This document shows, piece after piece, positions 1 to 9,063 of a DNA stretch of 64,000 nt. The DNA is from Xanthobacteraceae bacterium (GTDB lineage Bacteria > Pseudomonadota > Alphaproteobacteria > Rhizobiales > Xanthobacteraceae). The stretch is taken from NCBI GenBank assembly GCA_030037645.1, contig JASHQI010000120.1:7674-71673 (forward strand). Direction: 5' to 3'. Made by a program: the position numbers and the translations under genes. Below the pieces are notes generated by a model. That model saw only the letters and a list, made by a program, of their open reading frames with translations, ran no database searches and was not told the origin of the DNA. The stretch's first letter is position 1, and every line of letters starts with the position of its first letter.

Positions 1-292
1 GCGGCGAAACGCGCCCGAGCACATTGTGAGAGACACGAAGAAGATAGAAACCGATTACGGAATTCCAAAACCCGAGTGTCAGCCACGTCGTGTGCACAAG
101 AAAGAAAAACAGGAGAAATATTTCAAGCGGGCCAAATCCGCCGGCGGCGACGACATGATAGAACCACAGCGCAAACAATACGCTTGTTGCGCCGACCAGC
201 GAGCCGAACAGCACTCGCCGCCGCAACAAAACAGACAGATCCGTGATCAGCGAAGAATTTACGTCGCGGTAGGTAGCCAATTCATCCGACAT
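1..292 (-). CDS. Probable glucan biosynthesis glucosyltransferase (OpgH/MdoH-like). N-terminal fragment only; the gene runs off the window
   Basis: Minus-strand translation from the ATG at 292 reads MSDELATYRDVNSSLITDLSVLLRRRVLFGSLVGATSVLFALWFYHVVAAGGFGPLEIFLLFFFLVHTTWLTLGFWNSVIGFYLL. It stays open to position 1. It is TM-rich and has a W..GFWN..IGF motif that I recall from OpgH N-termini. The + ORF 26..343 is its antisense shadow. Confidence 0.4.
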   Translation of the reverse strand, partial: MSDELATYRDVNSSLITDLSVLLRRRVLFGSLVGATSVLFALWFYHVVAAGGFGPLEIFLLFFFLVHTTWLTLGFWNSVIGFYLLRVSHNVLGRVSP

Positions 293-541
293 GAGCGGAA
301 CGCTCGGCCCGGTACGGTTTCATCGAATCGCGAACTTTCATAGCGATGCATATTAATCCGGCGTGCTGCGGATGATAAGACGTTCGCCACTGGTATTCCC
401 CGACGACATTACCGGCGCGGATTGCGTACAATCAGCGAAGCAACAAGTGGTTCGCTCAACCTTCGGTGCTCGGGGGACAGGGTACCGTATACTTTTTTAG
501 GTCAGCTTTCTGCGCCCCAGACGCTTTTGTGAGGACACGCC

Positions 542-1720
542 TTAGATCAGGCGCGAATTGTGCGGCAGGCCGAGGAAGTGCCGGCCGATGGCCTCGAAAA
601 TCTGGAATTGCGACTGCGCCTGTTGCGAGACCGCGTGCATGTCGCGGAATCGGCGTTCGAATGGATTATTCTCGAAAATCGCCGTGGCGCCGGCGGCGAG
701 ATAGACAGTCTCGACGACTTCCCTGGCCTCGCGGCTGGCGTGACTGGCCGCCATGCGCAACCGCACCCGCTGGTCGATCGACATCGTTCCGGTTTGCGCC
801 GCCTGCCAGATCTCGTCCCACGCGGCAAAGAAAAATGCGCGGGCGGCGGCAAGCTGCGATTCGGCGACGCCGACCTGGGATTGGATCACCGCATTGTCGC
901 GCAGCAGCGCTGTCTGGTTGGTCGGGGTTTTGGCTTTCGCCAGGGCCAGGAAGTCATCCAGCATGGTGCGGGCAATGCCCAGCGCGATGGCGGGAAAGCT
1001 CGATCCGAACAACTGGTAGATCGTGAACGAGTAAAGCGGACCATGCTCGCGCCGCTCGGCCGGGTTCAGCGCATGGTAGCCGATGGCGTAGTCCTCGGGC
1101 ACGAAGACGTCGTTCAAGGTATAGGTGTTGCTGCCGGTGCCCTTCAGCCCCATCACGTGCCACACGTCTTGGAACGTGGCGCGCTCGCGCGGCACGACGA
1201 GCGTCTTCTGGATCGGCTTGCCGTTGGCATCGCGGCGCTGCTCACCGTCCGGCTCGTATATGAAACAATGCGCGGCAAGCCAGGTGGCGTGCTTGCTACC
1301 GCTGGCGTACGGCCAGACGCCGCTGACTCGGAAGCCGCCCTTTTCGGCAACCGCTTTGGCGTTGTTGGTGGGCCCCCACGCCAGCACGCCGCACGGATTG
1401 CTCTTGAAAATCTCCTCGGCAACCTCTCGCTTCATGCACTTCGAAATGGTCGAGCAGACCGAAGTCTGTCCGATGCACCACGCCGTGCTGGCGTCGGCCT
1501 TGGCGATTTCTTCAATGGCCCGGACATAGTCTATCGGCGAAAGCTCTTCGCCGCCGAGCGAGCGCGGCACCAGCATGCGGAACAAGCGCGCCTCGTGCAG
1601 GGCGGCGACGAGATCGGCGGGCAGCTCGCGGCCGGCCTCGATGCGCGGCGCCGCCGCCGTAATGACCGGCGCCAGCGCGCGGGCATTGGCGACGCAATCG
1701 ACTTTGGTCCGATCGTCCAT
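542..1720 (-). CDS. Acyl-CoA dehydrogenase-fold flavoprotein (type-2 ACAD / flavin-dependent oxygenase component-like)
   Basis: 392-aa ORF. The sequence (…LFRMLVPRSLGGEELSP…AKADASTAWCIGQ…GGFRVSGVWPYASG…) matches the ACAD type-2/HsaA/DszC-like pattern as I recognise it. Confidence 0.7.
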   Translation of the reverse strand: MDDRTKVDCVANARALAPVITAAAPRIEAGRELPADLVAALHEARLFRMLVPRSLGGEELSPIDYVRAIEEIAKADASTAWCIGQTSVCSTISKCMKREVAEEIFKSNPCGVLAWGPTNNAKAVAEKGGFRVSGVWPYASGSKHATWLAAHCFIYEPDGEQRRDANGKPIQKTLVVPRERATFQDVWHVMGLKGTGSNTYTLNDVFVPEDYAIGYHALNPAERREHGPLYSFTIYQLFGSSFPAIALGIARTMLDDFLALAKAKTPTNQTALLRDNAVIQSQVGVAESQLAAARAFFFAAWDEIWQAAQTGTMSIDQRVRLRMAASHASREAREVVETVYLAAGATAIFENNPFERRFRDMHAVSQQAQSQFQIFEAIGRHFLGLPHNSRLI

Positions 1721-1879
1721 GCGCGAGCTCCCGGCCTCGACGATGGATCATTTTTACCTGCCCAATCACACGCGGTCCATCGGGGGACCGTCTCGAAGCC
1801 TCGCCGGAAAGCGACTATGATCCTGCGCACGACGGCGATGGATGACGAGATATCGATCCACGCGCACGAGGGGGAGAGA

Positions 1880-3937
1880 ATGCATCCGATCCAAGGAAGG
1901 CCGATCCGGACCGCTGCGCTGACGATTTTGGCCCTGCTTGCGTCATGGCTGATCGTGGCACCGGCATTTGCGCAGGAGAACGCCGGCGACACCACCGCCA
2001 ACGGACCGCCGATGGATTATTTGCAGAAGGCGGACAAAATCTATCAATTCAAGAAGGCCGCCAGCAGCGGGCCGGAGCGCGGCCGAGAAATTTTCTATTA
2101 CAAATGCTGGTTCTGTCATAACGAGTTCACCCAGGACGTTCCCAAGCTCAAGGGTCTCTACAAGCTTCCGGCGCTCTACAACGGGCAGCCGGTGAACGAC
2201 GAAACGGTGAAGAACCAGATCCGAAACGGCAGCGCCGACATGGCGGCGTACAAATACACGCTGAGCGACGCCGATATTGACGATCTCGTGGCCTTTATCC
2301 GTGAAGAGTGTTGTTGGAACTCCGACGCTCCTCCGCTCAATCCCGCCTATCGCGGCCAGGCGCCGCAAACCAACGTCCCGCAGCGCAATAACCTCTTTGG
2401 CGGCCCCTATGGCATCGTCAAGACCGCGAAGGGCGATCTGCTCGAGGGCATGATGGTGCAGTTAATCTCGAAGGACACCGCGATCCGCACGACGGTGTTC
2501 AGCGACGCCAACGGCCATTACGAATTCCCAAAACTTGCGCCCGGCAGCTACACGCTGCGAATCGCACAGCCGCGCGAATTCTTTCCATACGTCAAGGAAA
2601 GCGTCGCGATCGACGGCGCAAATCACCTCCCCGATATCGCGCTCGAGCGCATCACCAATTCGGACGTGCTGCCGCCCTATCCGGAAATCGCCGCGCAAAT
2701 GACGGGGTCGGAGTGGCTGATGAGCTTGAGCGGCACTGGTGCCGAAAAACGACTTTTGACCGTCAATTGCAACTGGTGTCATTCCTATCAGCAGATCTTC
2801 CGCAACCGCTACGACGAAGCCGGCTGGAGCAAGATCCTTTACAGGATGATTCACGGCGCGGGCTCCCCGCTCATCAACATCAACAAGCGCGGTCGTTTCT
2901 CGGACGAAGACGAGGCCCGGCTGGTGCACTGGCTGACAAGAGTACGCGGCCCGCAAACGCCCGATCCGGGCTTCATCACGCTGCCACGGCCACAAGGTCG
3001 AGCAACGAGAGTCGTCATCACCGAGTACGAATTGCCGCGTCTTGAAATCGCCACGCACGATGTATCGGGCGATGCCGACGGCAATATCTGGTACAGCACG
3101 CACCGCAGCTCCTACATCGGACGATTGGACCCCACCACCGGTAAGGTCGCCGAGTTTCACGTACCCCCGGTGCAGGCCGGCGCGCTTCCCGGCACTCATT
3201 GGATCCATGTCGACAAGAACGGGATCGTGTGGGGTTCGGAGAATTGGGCGCACAATATCTGGCGCCTTGATCCGAAGACCGGCGATTTCAAGCGCATTCC
3301 GTGGCACGTCAGGGAGGCGCTGAATTCGCCGATGGGCGGCAACTATGCGATCGACCCGGATGGCTACATCTGGAAGGCGCGCGACATGAAAGTCACCAAG
3401 GTCGACGCGATGACGGGCAATCCGGTGCTCAGCATCATTACCAAGAAATTCCCCGGCACCTATGGCAGCGCTATCAGCAAGGACGGCCGCTATTTCGGCG
3501 GCGGCGCCTGGCCGCGCGACGGCGTCATTGTCGCGGATACCAAGTCCGGCGAGGTCTATGAGCCCGACACCAGCAAGAACTCCGGCCCGGCGCGCGGCGA
3601 ATTCGATCTTCACGACAATTACTGGGCCGGCGGCCGCGGCGGCGAACTCATCGAGTTCAATATGGCCGAGAAGCGGATTCACGAATATCCGCTGCCGACG
3701 CCCTACGCCTCCATGTACACCGCACAAGCCGACAAGAACGGCGACGTCTGGGGCGGCGAGATGCACTCAGGCCGTTATTTCCGCTTTGATCCGAAGACCG
3801 AGCAGTTCACCGAATATGTGCTGCCGGAACCCTATGGCATCGACCGCGAAAGCTGGATCGACAATTCCACGGATCCGGTCACGGTCTGGTACGTCGATCA
3901 CGAAGGCTGGATCACGCGCATTCAACCGCGGGATTAG
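1880..3937 (+). CDS. Secreted di-haem cytochrome c / CarboxypepD_reg-like / streptogramin-lyase-like beta-propeller fusion protein
   Basis: The in-frame ATG at 1880 is preceded by GGGGAGAG. There is a signal peptide (…LIVAPAFA/QE). Two CxxCH motifs are present (CWFCH, CNWCH). The segment MVQLISKDTAIRTTVFSDANGHYEFPKLAPGSYTLRI looks like a carboxypeptidase-regulatory fold. The C-terminus has repeated GNIWYS/GIVWGS/GYIWKA/GDVWGG propeller blades. The listed 1125-aa ORF start at 560 is antisense read-through. Confidence 0.75.
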   Translation: MHPIQGRPIRTAALTILALLASWLIVAPAFAQENAGDTTANGPPMDYLQKADKIYQFKKAASSGPERGREIFYYKCWFCHNEFTQDVPKLKGLYKLPALYNGQPVNDETVKNQIRNGSADMAAYKYTLSDADIDDLVAFIREECCWNSDAPPLNPAYRGQAPQTNVPQRNNLFGGPYGIVKTAKGDLLEGMMVQLISKDTAIRTTVFSDANGHYEFPKLAPGSYTLRIAQPREFFPYVKESVAIDGANHLPDIALERITNSDVLPPYPEIAAQMTGSEWLMSLSGTGAEKRLLTVNCNWCHSYQQIFRNRYDEAGWSKILYRMIHGAGSPLININKRGRFSDEDEARLVHWLTRVRGPQTPDPGFITLPRPQGRATRVVITEYELPRLEIATHDVSGDADGNIWYSTHRSSYIGRLDPTTGKVAEFHVPPVQAGALPGTHWIHVDKNGIVWGSENWAHNIWRLDPKTGDFKRIPWHVREALNSPMGGNYAIDPDGYIWKARDMKVTKVDAMTGNPVLSIITKKFPGTYGSAISKDGRYFGGGAWPRDGVIVADTKSGEVYEPDTSKNSGPARGEFDLHDNYWAGGRGGELIEFNMAEKRIHEYPLPTPYASMYTAQADKNGDVWGGEMHSGRYFRFDPKTEQFTEYVLPEPYGIDRESWIDNSTDPVTVWYVDHEGWITRIQPRD

Positions 3938-4009
3938 CGCAGGTTCGGGGCCGGTGCGCGTTGCATTCGCGCGCTCGATGCGAGACGACAGAGTTTGCGC
4001 AGCGCGCCC

Positions 4010-4030
4010 CCTCTCCGCGGCGGGGAGAGG
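4010..4030. repeat. GC-rich hairpin CCTCTCC-N7-GGAGAGG between convergent genes. It shares the 14-mer GCGGGGAGAGGTGA with the element at 52348..52476
   Basis: The inverted repeat is read directly from the sequence. It lies between stop codons at 3937 (+) and 4054 (-). It could be a bidirectional terminator or a REP-like element. Confidence 0.5.
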
Positions 4031-4053
4031 TGAAGAGAAAGCGGAACGCGCGG

Positions 4054-5817
4054 CTACTCGTCGCCGACCATTTCTCGGCGGCGGCGTTCGAGTTCGGCGG
4101 AATAGCGACGCAGCACATAGGCTTCGGTCAACAATCCGGTGACGTGTCGGTCGCGGTAGGAATCGACGACCGCGAGCGCCTCCGCCTCGGCGCGATCGAA
4201 GGCGAGCACCGCCTCCTTCACGGCCATTCCCGGCAGCAACAGGTCGTCGGTGTAATGGAGCAGATCCTTGACGGATTTGTCCGGCGAGACTTCCGTCGCA
4301 TGAGCCTCCGCCACGTGGACGAGCCCGACATAGCGGTCGTCCTCATCGACGGCGACCACATAGGCCGTCGAACTCAGCGGGAAAGCTTCGCGGAACGACG
4401 CGATATTGGACGAGGCGTGCGCCGTTTGCACGTCTTGTCGCATCATTTTGCCGACCGTCAGGTCGCGCATCCAGCCGATATCGGCAGCGCTGCGGATGGT
4501 CTCGCCACGCAGATGAAAGCGCCAAGTGGCAAACGAATAACCGAATACCTCTCTCGTCACCTGTGCGGCAATGATCACGGCGATCAGCACCGCCGTCGTC
4601 AGCCATAGATCGTTGGTGGTTTCCAAAGCGATGAACGTCATCGTCAATGGTCCACCGATAACCGAGGCCGAGAGCGCACTCATGCCGATCACGGCGTAAG
4701 CATTTGGATCGAAATAGACCGTCGGCCAAAACATCGTCAGGGCGACCGCCAACAGATGGCCGCCAAGCGCTCCGGTCAGAAGCGAAGAGAAAAACAAGCC
4801 GCCGCGAAATCCGGACCCCAGCGAAGCAATCGACGCCAAAATCTTCAGCAAAAAAAGCAGCGCGATCGAACGAAGCGGCAAGTCGAGCATTCCGGCAACG
4901 CGCAAAGCGCCGTGACCGGACGACATCACCTGTGGCGCCTCCATCGCCAGAAGACCCACCACGATGCCGCCAACCATCGTGCGCAGCGCCGGCCTCAGCC
5001 GCAAGCGCGAAAACAGCGCTTCGCACAATGCAACACCGCGCATGAGAAGAATGCCAACCACGGCTGCGAGCAGGCCGGTGGTGGCGGCGAGAACGAGGTC
5101 GTGAGCCACAATCGTGGTCTGCTCGGGAGCGACCACACCGAGATCGGCCGGCGACAAAGACCGCGCAACCAGATAGCCGATCAACGCCGAAAGACCCACC
5201 GGCGCCAGGCTGCTCGGGGCATAGCTGCCGATGATAAGCTCGAAGCCGTAGAACGCGCCGGCCAGCGGCGCGCCGAACGCGCCGGCAATTCCGGCTGCGG
5301 CGCCGCAACCCACCAGAATGCGCAAGTCCGCCCGTCGCAGCCGGAACGCGTTGCCGATGCGCGACGCGATCCCGCTCGCGAGCTGCGTATAGCCGGCCTC
5401 AAGTCCGACCGAAGCGCCCACGCCGCTCGACCACACCGTTTGCGCGGCGACGATCACGCTGCCGATCAGCGACATGCGGCCGCCATGCAAGGCGTTGGCT
5501 TCGATCGGATCGATTTCCCGGTCGGGTCGCCAACGTTTGATCACCTCGGTCGCGATGCCGAATATGAGTCCCCCGGCGGTCGGCACCAGGATTGCGAGCA
5601 CTGGATTAAGCGAGAGTTGCCCCGACAGCCGTTCACCGGGTTGTAATTGAAAAAAGAATTGGTGGAGCAAGTCGACACCCCCACCCATGACGCCGACAAC
5701 GAGCCCGCCAATCACACCGACCAGCGCCGCCAACGCGATCAGGCTCGATTCTCGCGCCCGCACCAAGGCGCGCAGACGCCGCGGAATCTCCAGTCGCCGG
5801 GCGGCTTCGACAATCAA
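4054..5817 (-). CDS. ClC-family chloride channel/antiporter with C-terminal CBS pair
   Basis: 587 aa with multiple TM helices and Gly-rich ClC-like segments (GVGASVGLEAGY, GAFGAPLAGAFYGFEL). The C-terminus is CBS-like (…VGKMMRQDVQTA…YVVAVDEDDRYVGLV…). Confidence 0.8.
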   Translation of the reverse strand: MIVEAARRLEIPRRLRALVRARESSLIALAALVGVIGGLVVGVMGGGVDLLHQFFFQLQPGERLSGQLSLNPVLAILVPTAGGLIFGIATEVIKRWRPDREIDPIEANALHGGRMSLIGSVIVAAQTVWSSGVGASVGLEAGYTQLASGIASRIGNAFRLRRADLRILVGCGAAAGIAGAFGAPLAGAFYGFELIIGSYAPSSLAPVGLSALIGYLVARSLSPADLGVVAPEQTTIVAHDLVLAATTGLLAAVVGILLMRGVALCEALFSRLRLRPALRTMVGGIVVGLLAMEAPQVMSSGHGALRVAGMLDLPLRSIALLFLLKILASIASLGSGFRGGLFFSSLLTGALGGHLLAVALTMFWPTVYFDPNAYAVIGMSALSASVIGGPLTMTFIALETTNDLWLTTAVLIAVIIAAQVTREVFGYSFATWRFHLRGETIRSAADIGWMRDLTVGKMMRQDVQTAHASSNIASFREAFPLSSTAYVVAVDEDDRYVGLVHVAEAHATEVSPDKSVKDLLHYTDDLLLPGMAVKEAVLAFDRAEAEALAVVDSYRDRHVTGLLTEAYVLRRYSAELERRRREMVGDE

Positions 5818-6831
5818 GGCGCGTCACCTAAGCCACGCCCATCCAATGGAACGCGTAAGCTTGCCAATCCAACTCGCATCAACCCCATGTCGCGCTCGCC
5901 GAGCGAACCATTGAGCAAACGGACCGGGCCACGGCCGGGAATGAAACCGCATTGACGGCGGCTTGTGATCACGATCGAACCGCCTGGTGCGCATGCCGGG
6001 GCGTGGCCAGTGAGTGCCACTGTCGAGACCGTCATCGCCCGGACTCGTCCACTTCGCTTTCGTCGCATTTGCTCGCACAACTCCGTGCCGGCTTGCTCGC
6101 CGGTACGGTTGCACTTCGCGCCCAGAGCGCCACTGGTCCGAAGACGCAAACGGCGTATCAGGTCGCAGACTTGCCGGCACGCAATCCCGCCGAGTCAGCA
6201 AGGAATTTCGTCGGATCAGTGCATCGCACCAACGATCAGAAGCCAATCGTCCCAAATGGCTCTGAAGTCAACCTATTTGCTTCCGCGACGGCGAAGCTCG
6301 GCCTCATTGGAGCACGCCGGCCGCTTGGCGGCGTATCCAGGCGCGTGGCAGGTCTCATGACGGGTCGGTCGTTAACGACAAATGGCGATGCCACGCCGCA
6401 ATCGACAATCACGGCATCGGGGCGGCACGGTTCGTTGGGTGGCGCCTCGTCAGCGCCACGAGGTCTGAGGCCGAATACCCGGCTGTCAGAATCGATTCGC
6501 AATCGGCGATTCGGCGGCCTGCGACTGCTCGATCGGCCGAGCCGTCAATTCAGGACAAAGCCTTCCGCGGGTGTCTCCATCCGGCAAGGCGGCGAAATCG
6601 CGGTAAGCTCCCTCCCGGTGCCTGCAATTCAGCCCTGAACCTGTCCAAGGCCTCGCTCGTTGGCAGCGGGAACACTCGACCGCACGAGGCGTTACCGAGC
6701 GGGCACCCTGGGCTTGGCGGCATCCAGACATGGTCATTTACGCTGGCAACGCATTGCCGCATCCAAATATCAGCCACCGCCCCGCCCCGTCTCCTTCGCA
6801 ACGGAATCGGGCACAAGACCTCGTTGGCGGC

Positions 6832-8253
6832 ATGGTCCCGCAGTACGGCGATGTCGTCGAGACCGATATCCCGTCACGCCTTGATGCCCTGCCATTTGGT
6901 CGATTCCATCTGCTGGTGATTGTTGCCTTGGGCATCACCTGGATTCTCGACGGCCTGGAAGTCACGCTTGCCGGCGCATTGTCCGGAGAGCTCAAACAGA
7001 GTTCCGGACTGGCTTTGAGCAACGCGCAGGTCGGTCTCGCGGGGAGTTGCTATCTCGCGGGCGCAGTACTTGGAGCGTTTTTCTTCGGCTGGCTCACCGA
7101 TCGGCTGGGTCGCAAGAAGCTGTTCACGATCACGCTCGCGGTCTATCTCCTGGCGACCGCAGCTACTGGGCTGTCATGGAACGCGTCAAGCTTTATCGTA
7201 TTCCGGTTCCTCGCCGGCGCCGGCATCGGTGGCGAATATACGGCCATAAATTCGACGATCCAGGAGCTTGTTCCGGCGCGGTTGCGCGGCTGGACCGATC
7301 TCCTCATCAACGGCAGCTTTTGGCTTGGCGCGGCGCTTGGGGCGGGCGGTACAATCGTGTTGCTTGACCCCAGTTTCATCAACCCGGCGCTCGGCTGGCG
7401 ACTGGCATTCCTGATCGGCGCCACAATCGGCCTTATCATTGTTGTGATGAGGCTGTGGATTCCCGAAAGCCCGCGCTGGCTGGTGACGCACGGCTTCCCG
7501 CACGAAGCGGAAGCGGTCATGCGCGGAATCGAGGCGCGGCTTGGCGCTGCCGGCACGCGCGAGCACGTGCGGCTGCGCATGCGCGACCACACGCCGTTGC
7601 GCGAAGTCGCACTCACGCTGTTTAAGACCTACCGTCAGCGCACGCTCGTCGGCCTGACGTTGATGGCCGCCCAGGCTTTCTTCTACAACGCGATCTTCTT
7701 CACCTATGCGCTGATTCTGAGCGACTTCTACGGCACGCCGGCGGACAGCATCGGCTGGTACATCCTCCCGTTTGCGGCCGGCAACGTGCTCGGACCGCTA
7801 CTGCTCGGCCACTTATTCGACACCATCGGCCGCAAAATCATGATCGCGTCGACTTACGCGCTGTCGGGCGCCATGCTTGCGATCACCGCCTATCTGTTCA
7901 GCCAAGATCTCCTCTCGGCGCGGGAGCTGACGATCGCCTGGATGATCGTCTTTTTCTTTGCCTCGGCGGCTGCGAGCTCGGCTTACCTCACGGTGAGCGA
8001 GATTTTCCCGCTCGAAATCCGGGCGCTCGCCGTCGCGTTCTTCTATGCCATCGGCACCGGCATCGGCGGTATCATCGGACCGCTCTTGTTCGGCGTGCTG
8101 ATCAATACCGGCTCGCGTGGCAGCGTTGCCCTCGGCTATGCCCTTGGTTCCATACTGATGATCGCCGCCGCCGTGGTCGAAGCGCGGTGGGGGATCGCGG
8201 CCGAGCGCAAACCGCTGGAAACAGTGAGCCGACCGCTTGCATTCGTCGATTGA
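6832..8253 (+). CDS. MFS transporter (sugar-porter/metabolite:H+ symporter type)
   Basis: 12-TM pattern with the motifs DRLGRKK and PESPRWLV. I prefer the start at 6832 (MVPQYGD…); 6730 is an in-frame alternative. Confidence 0.8.
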   Translation: MVPQYGDVVETDIPSRLDALPFGRFHLLVIVALGITWILDGLEVTLAGALSGELKQSSGLALSNAQVGLAGSCYLAGAVLGAFFFGWLTDRLGRKKLFTITLAVYLLATAATGLSWNASSFIVFRFLAGAGIGGEYTAINSTIQELVPARLRGWTDLLINGSFWLGAALGAGGTIVLLDPSFINPALGWRLAFLIGATIGLIIVVMRLWIPESPRWLVTHGFPHEAEAVMRGIEARLGAAGTREHVRLRMRDHTPLREVALTLFKTYRQRTLVGLTLMAAQAFFYNAIFFTYALILSDFYGTPADSIGWYILPFAAGNVLGPLLLGHLFDTIGRKIMIASTYALSGAMLAITAYLFSQDLLSARELTIAWMIVFFFASAAASSAYLTVSEIFPLEIRALAVAFFYAIGTGIGGIIGPLLFGVLINTGSRGSVALGYALGSILMIAAAVVEARWGIAAERKPLETVSRPLAFVD

Positions 8254-8274
8254 AAGGTCAATTCGATAGCACAC

Positions 8275-9063
8275 ATGAATATGGAAATTTCGGACCTCGA
8301 CATGGAGCTTGTTGAACCTGCGCTCGTCCCCGATCTGGAGAAGTGCGCGATCCTGCTTGACATCGACGGCACCATCCTCGATCTCGCACCCTCGCCGCAG
8401 CAGGTCTGGGTGCCGCCGGCGCTGCGGCGGACGCTCGCACGCCTTGATGGGCTTACCGGCGGCGCAGTGGCGTTGGTCAGCGGGCGGTCGCTCAACGACA
8501 TCGATCTGATTTTCTCGCCCCTGCAGCTCGCCGCCATCGGCGGGCACGGTGCCGAATTGCGTCCGATCGCAAGTGCCGAGCCGCGGATGTGCGCAACACC
8601 GCTGCGCGCAGCCCTCAAGCGCAAACTTGCGAGTCTCACCGAGCTCGGTCCCGGTATCCTGGTCGAGGACAAGGGGTATTCGCTCGCCCTGCACTATCGG
8701 CTCGCGTCGGACCAGGCGGACGCGCTGCGAGTGGCGGTCGAAGAGATTTGTGCGAGTGAGCCGCGTGACTCGGTTGAAATCCTTCCCGGCAAGCTGGTTG
8801 TCGAAATCAAGGCGGCCGGCGTCAACAAGGCAACGGCGGTGTGCGAATTGATGCGATACCCGCCGTTTGCGAGTCGCAATCCAATCTTCATTGGCGACGA
8901 TACGACCGACGAACCGGTGTTCGGCATCATCTCAAAGTTCGGCGGGCTGGGTCTTTCCGTTGGCCGCGTCATTGCAAACGCCAACGGCCGTTTCGAGACG
9001 CCGGAATCGGTGCGCACGTGGCTCGGACGCATCGCAACCGACCGCCGGGGCACGGCAGAATGA
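8275..9063 (+). CDS. otsB: Trehalose-6-phosphate phosphatase
   Basis: HAD motif LLDIDGTILD and the overall OtsB-like sequence (…VEDKGYSLALHYR…IFIGDDTTDE…). Its stop overlaps the next start (ATGA at 9060-9063). Confidence 0.85.
   Translation: MNMEISDLDMELVEPALVPDLEKCAILLDIDGTILDLAPSPQQVWVPPALRRTLARLDGLTGGAVALVSGRSLNDIDLIFSPLQLAAIGGHGAELRPIASAEPRMCATPLRAALKRKLASLTELGPGILVEDKGYSLALHYRLASDQADALRVAVEEICASEPRDSVEILPGKLVVEIKAAGVNKATAVCELMRYPPFASRNPIFIGDDTTDEPVFGIISKFGGLGLSVGRVIANANGRFETPESVRTWLGRIATDRRGTAE

Noticed and set aside
26-343. 105-aa + strand ORF at the window start
   Set aside because: Its composition is highly basic and low-complexity. The opposite strand encodes a TM-rich, high-GC3 OpgH-like N-terminus.
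560-1879. The N-terminal 440 codons of the listed 1125-aa + strand ORF
   Set aside because: This part is antisense to the well-supported ACAD-fold gene (542..1720). It is Arg/Gly/His-rich shadow sequence. The real protein begins at the ATG at 1880, which has an SD and a signal peptide.
5818-5990. Possible fluoride riboswitch upstream of the ClC gene
   Set aside because: Reading the minus-strand leader, I found no crcB-motif-like conserved core (no CUGAUGAU-type segment or pseudoknot arms). A covariance-model scan would be needed for certainty.
5952-6638. 228-aa ORF, and overlapping ORFs in all frames, within the clc-MFS gap
   Set aside because: There is no recognisable domain. The composition is Arg/Ser/Pro-rich. 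Several mutually overlapping ORFs have similar statistics. I treat the region as non-coding or decayed and flag it as a finding instead.
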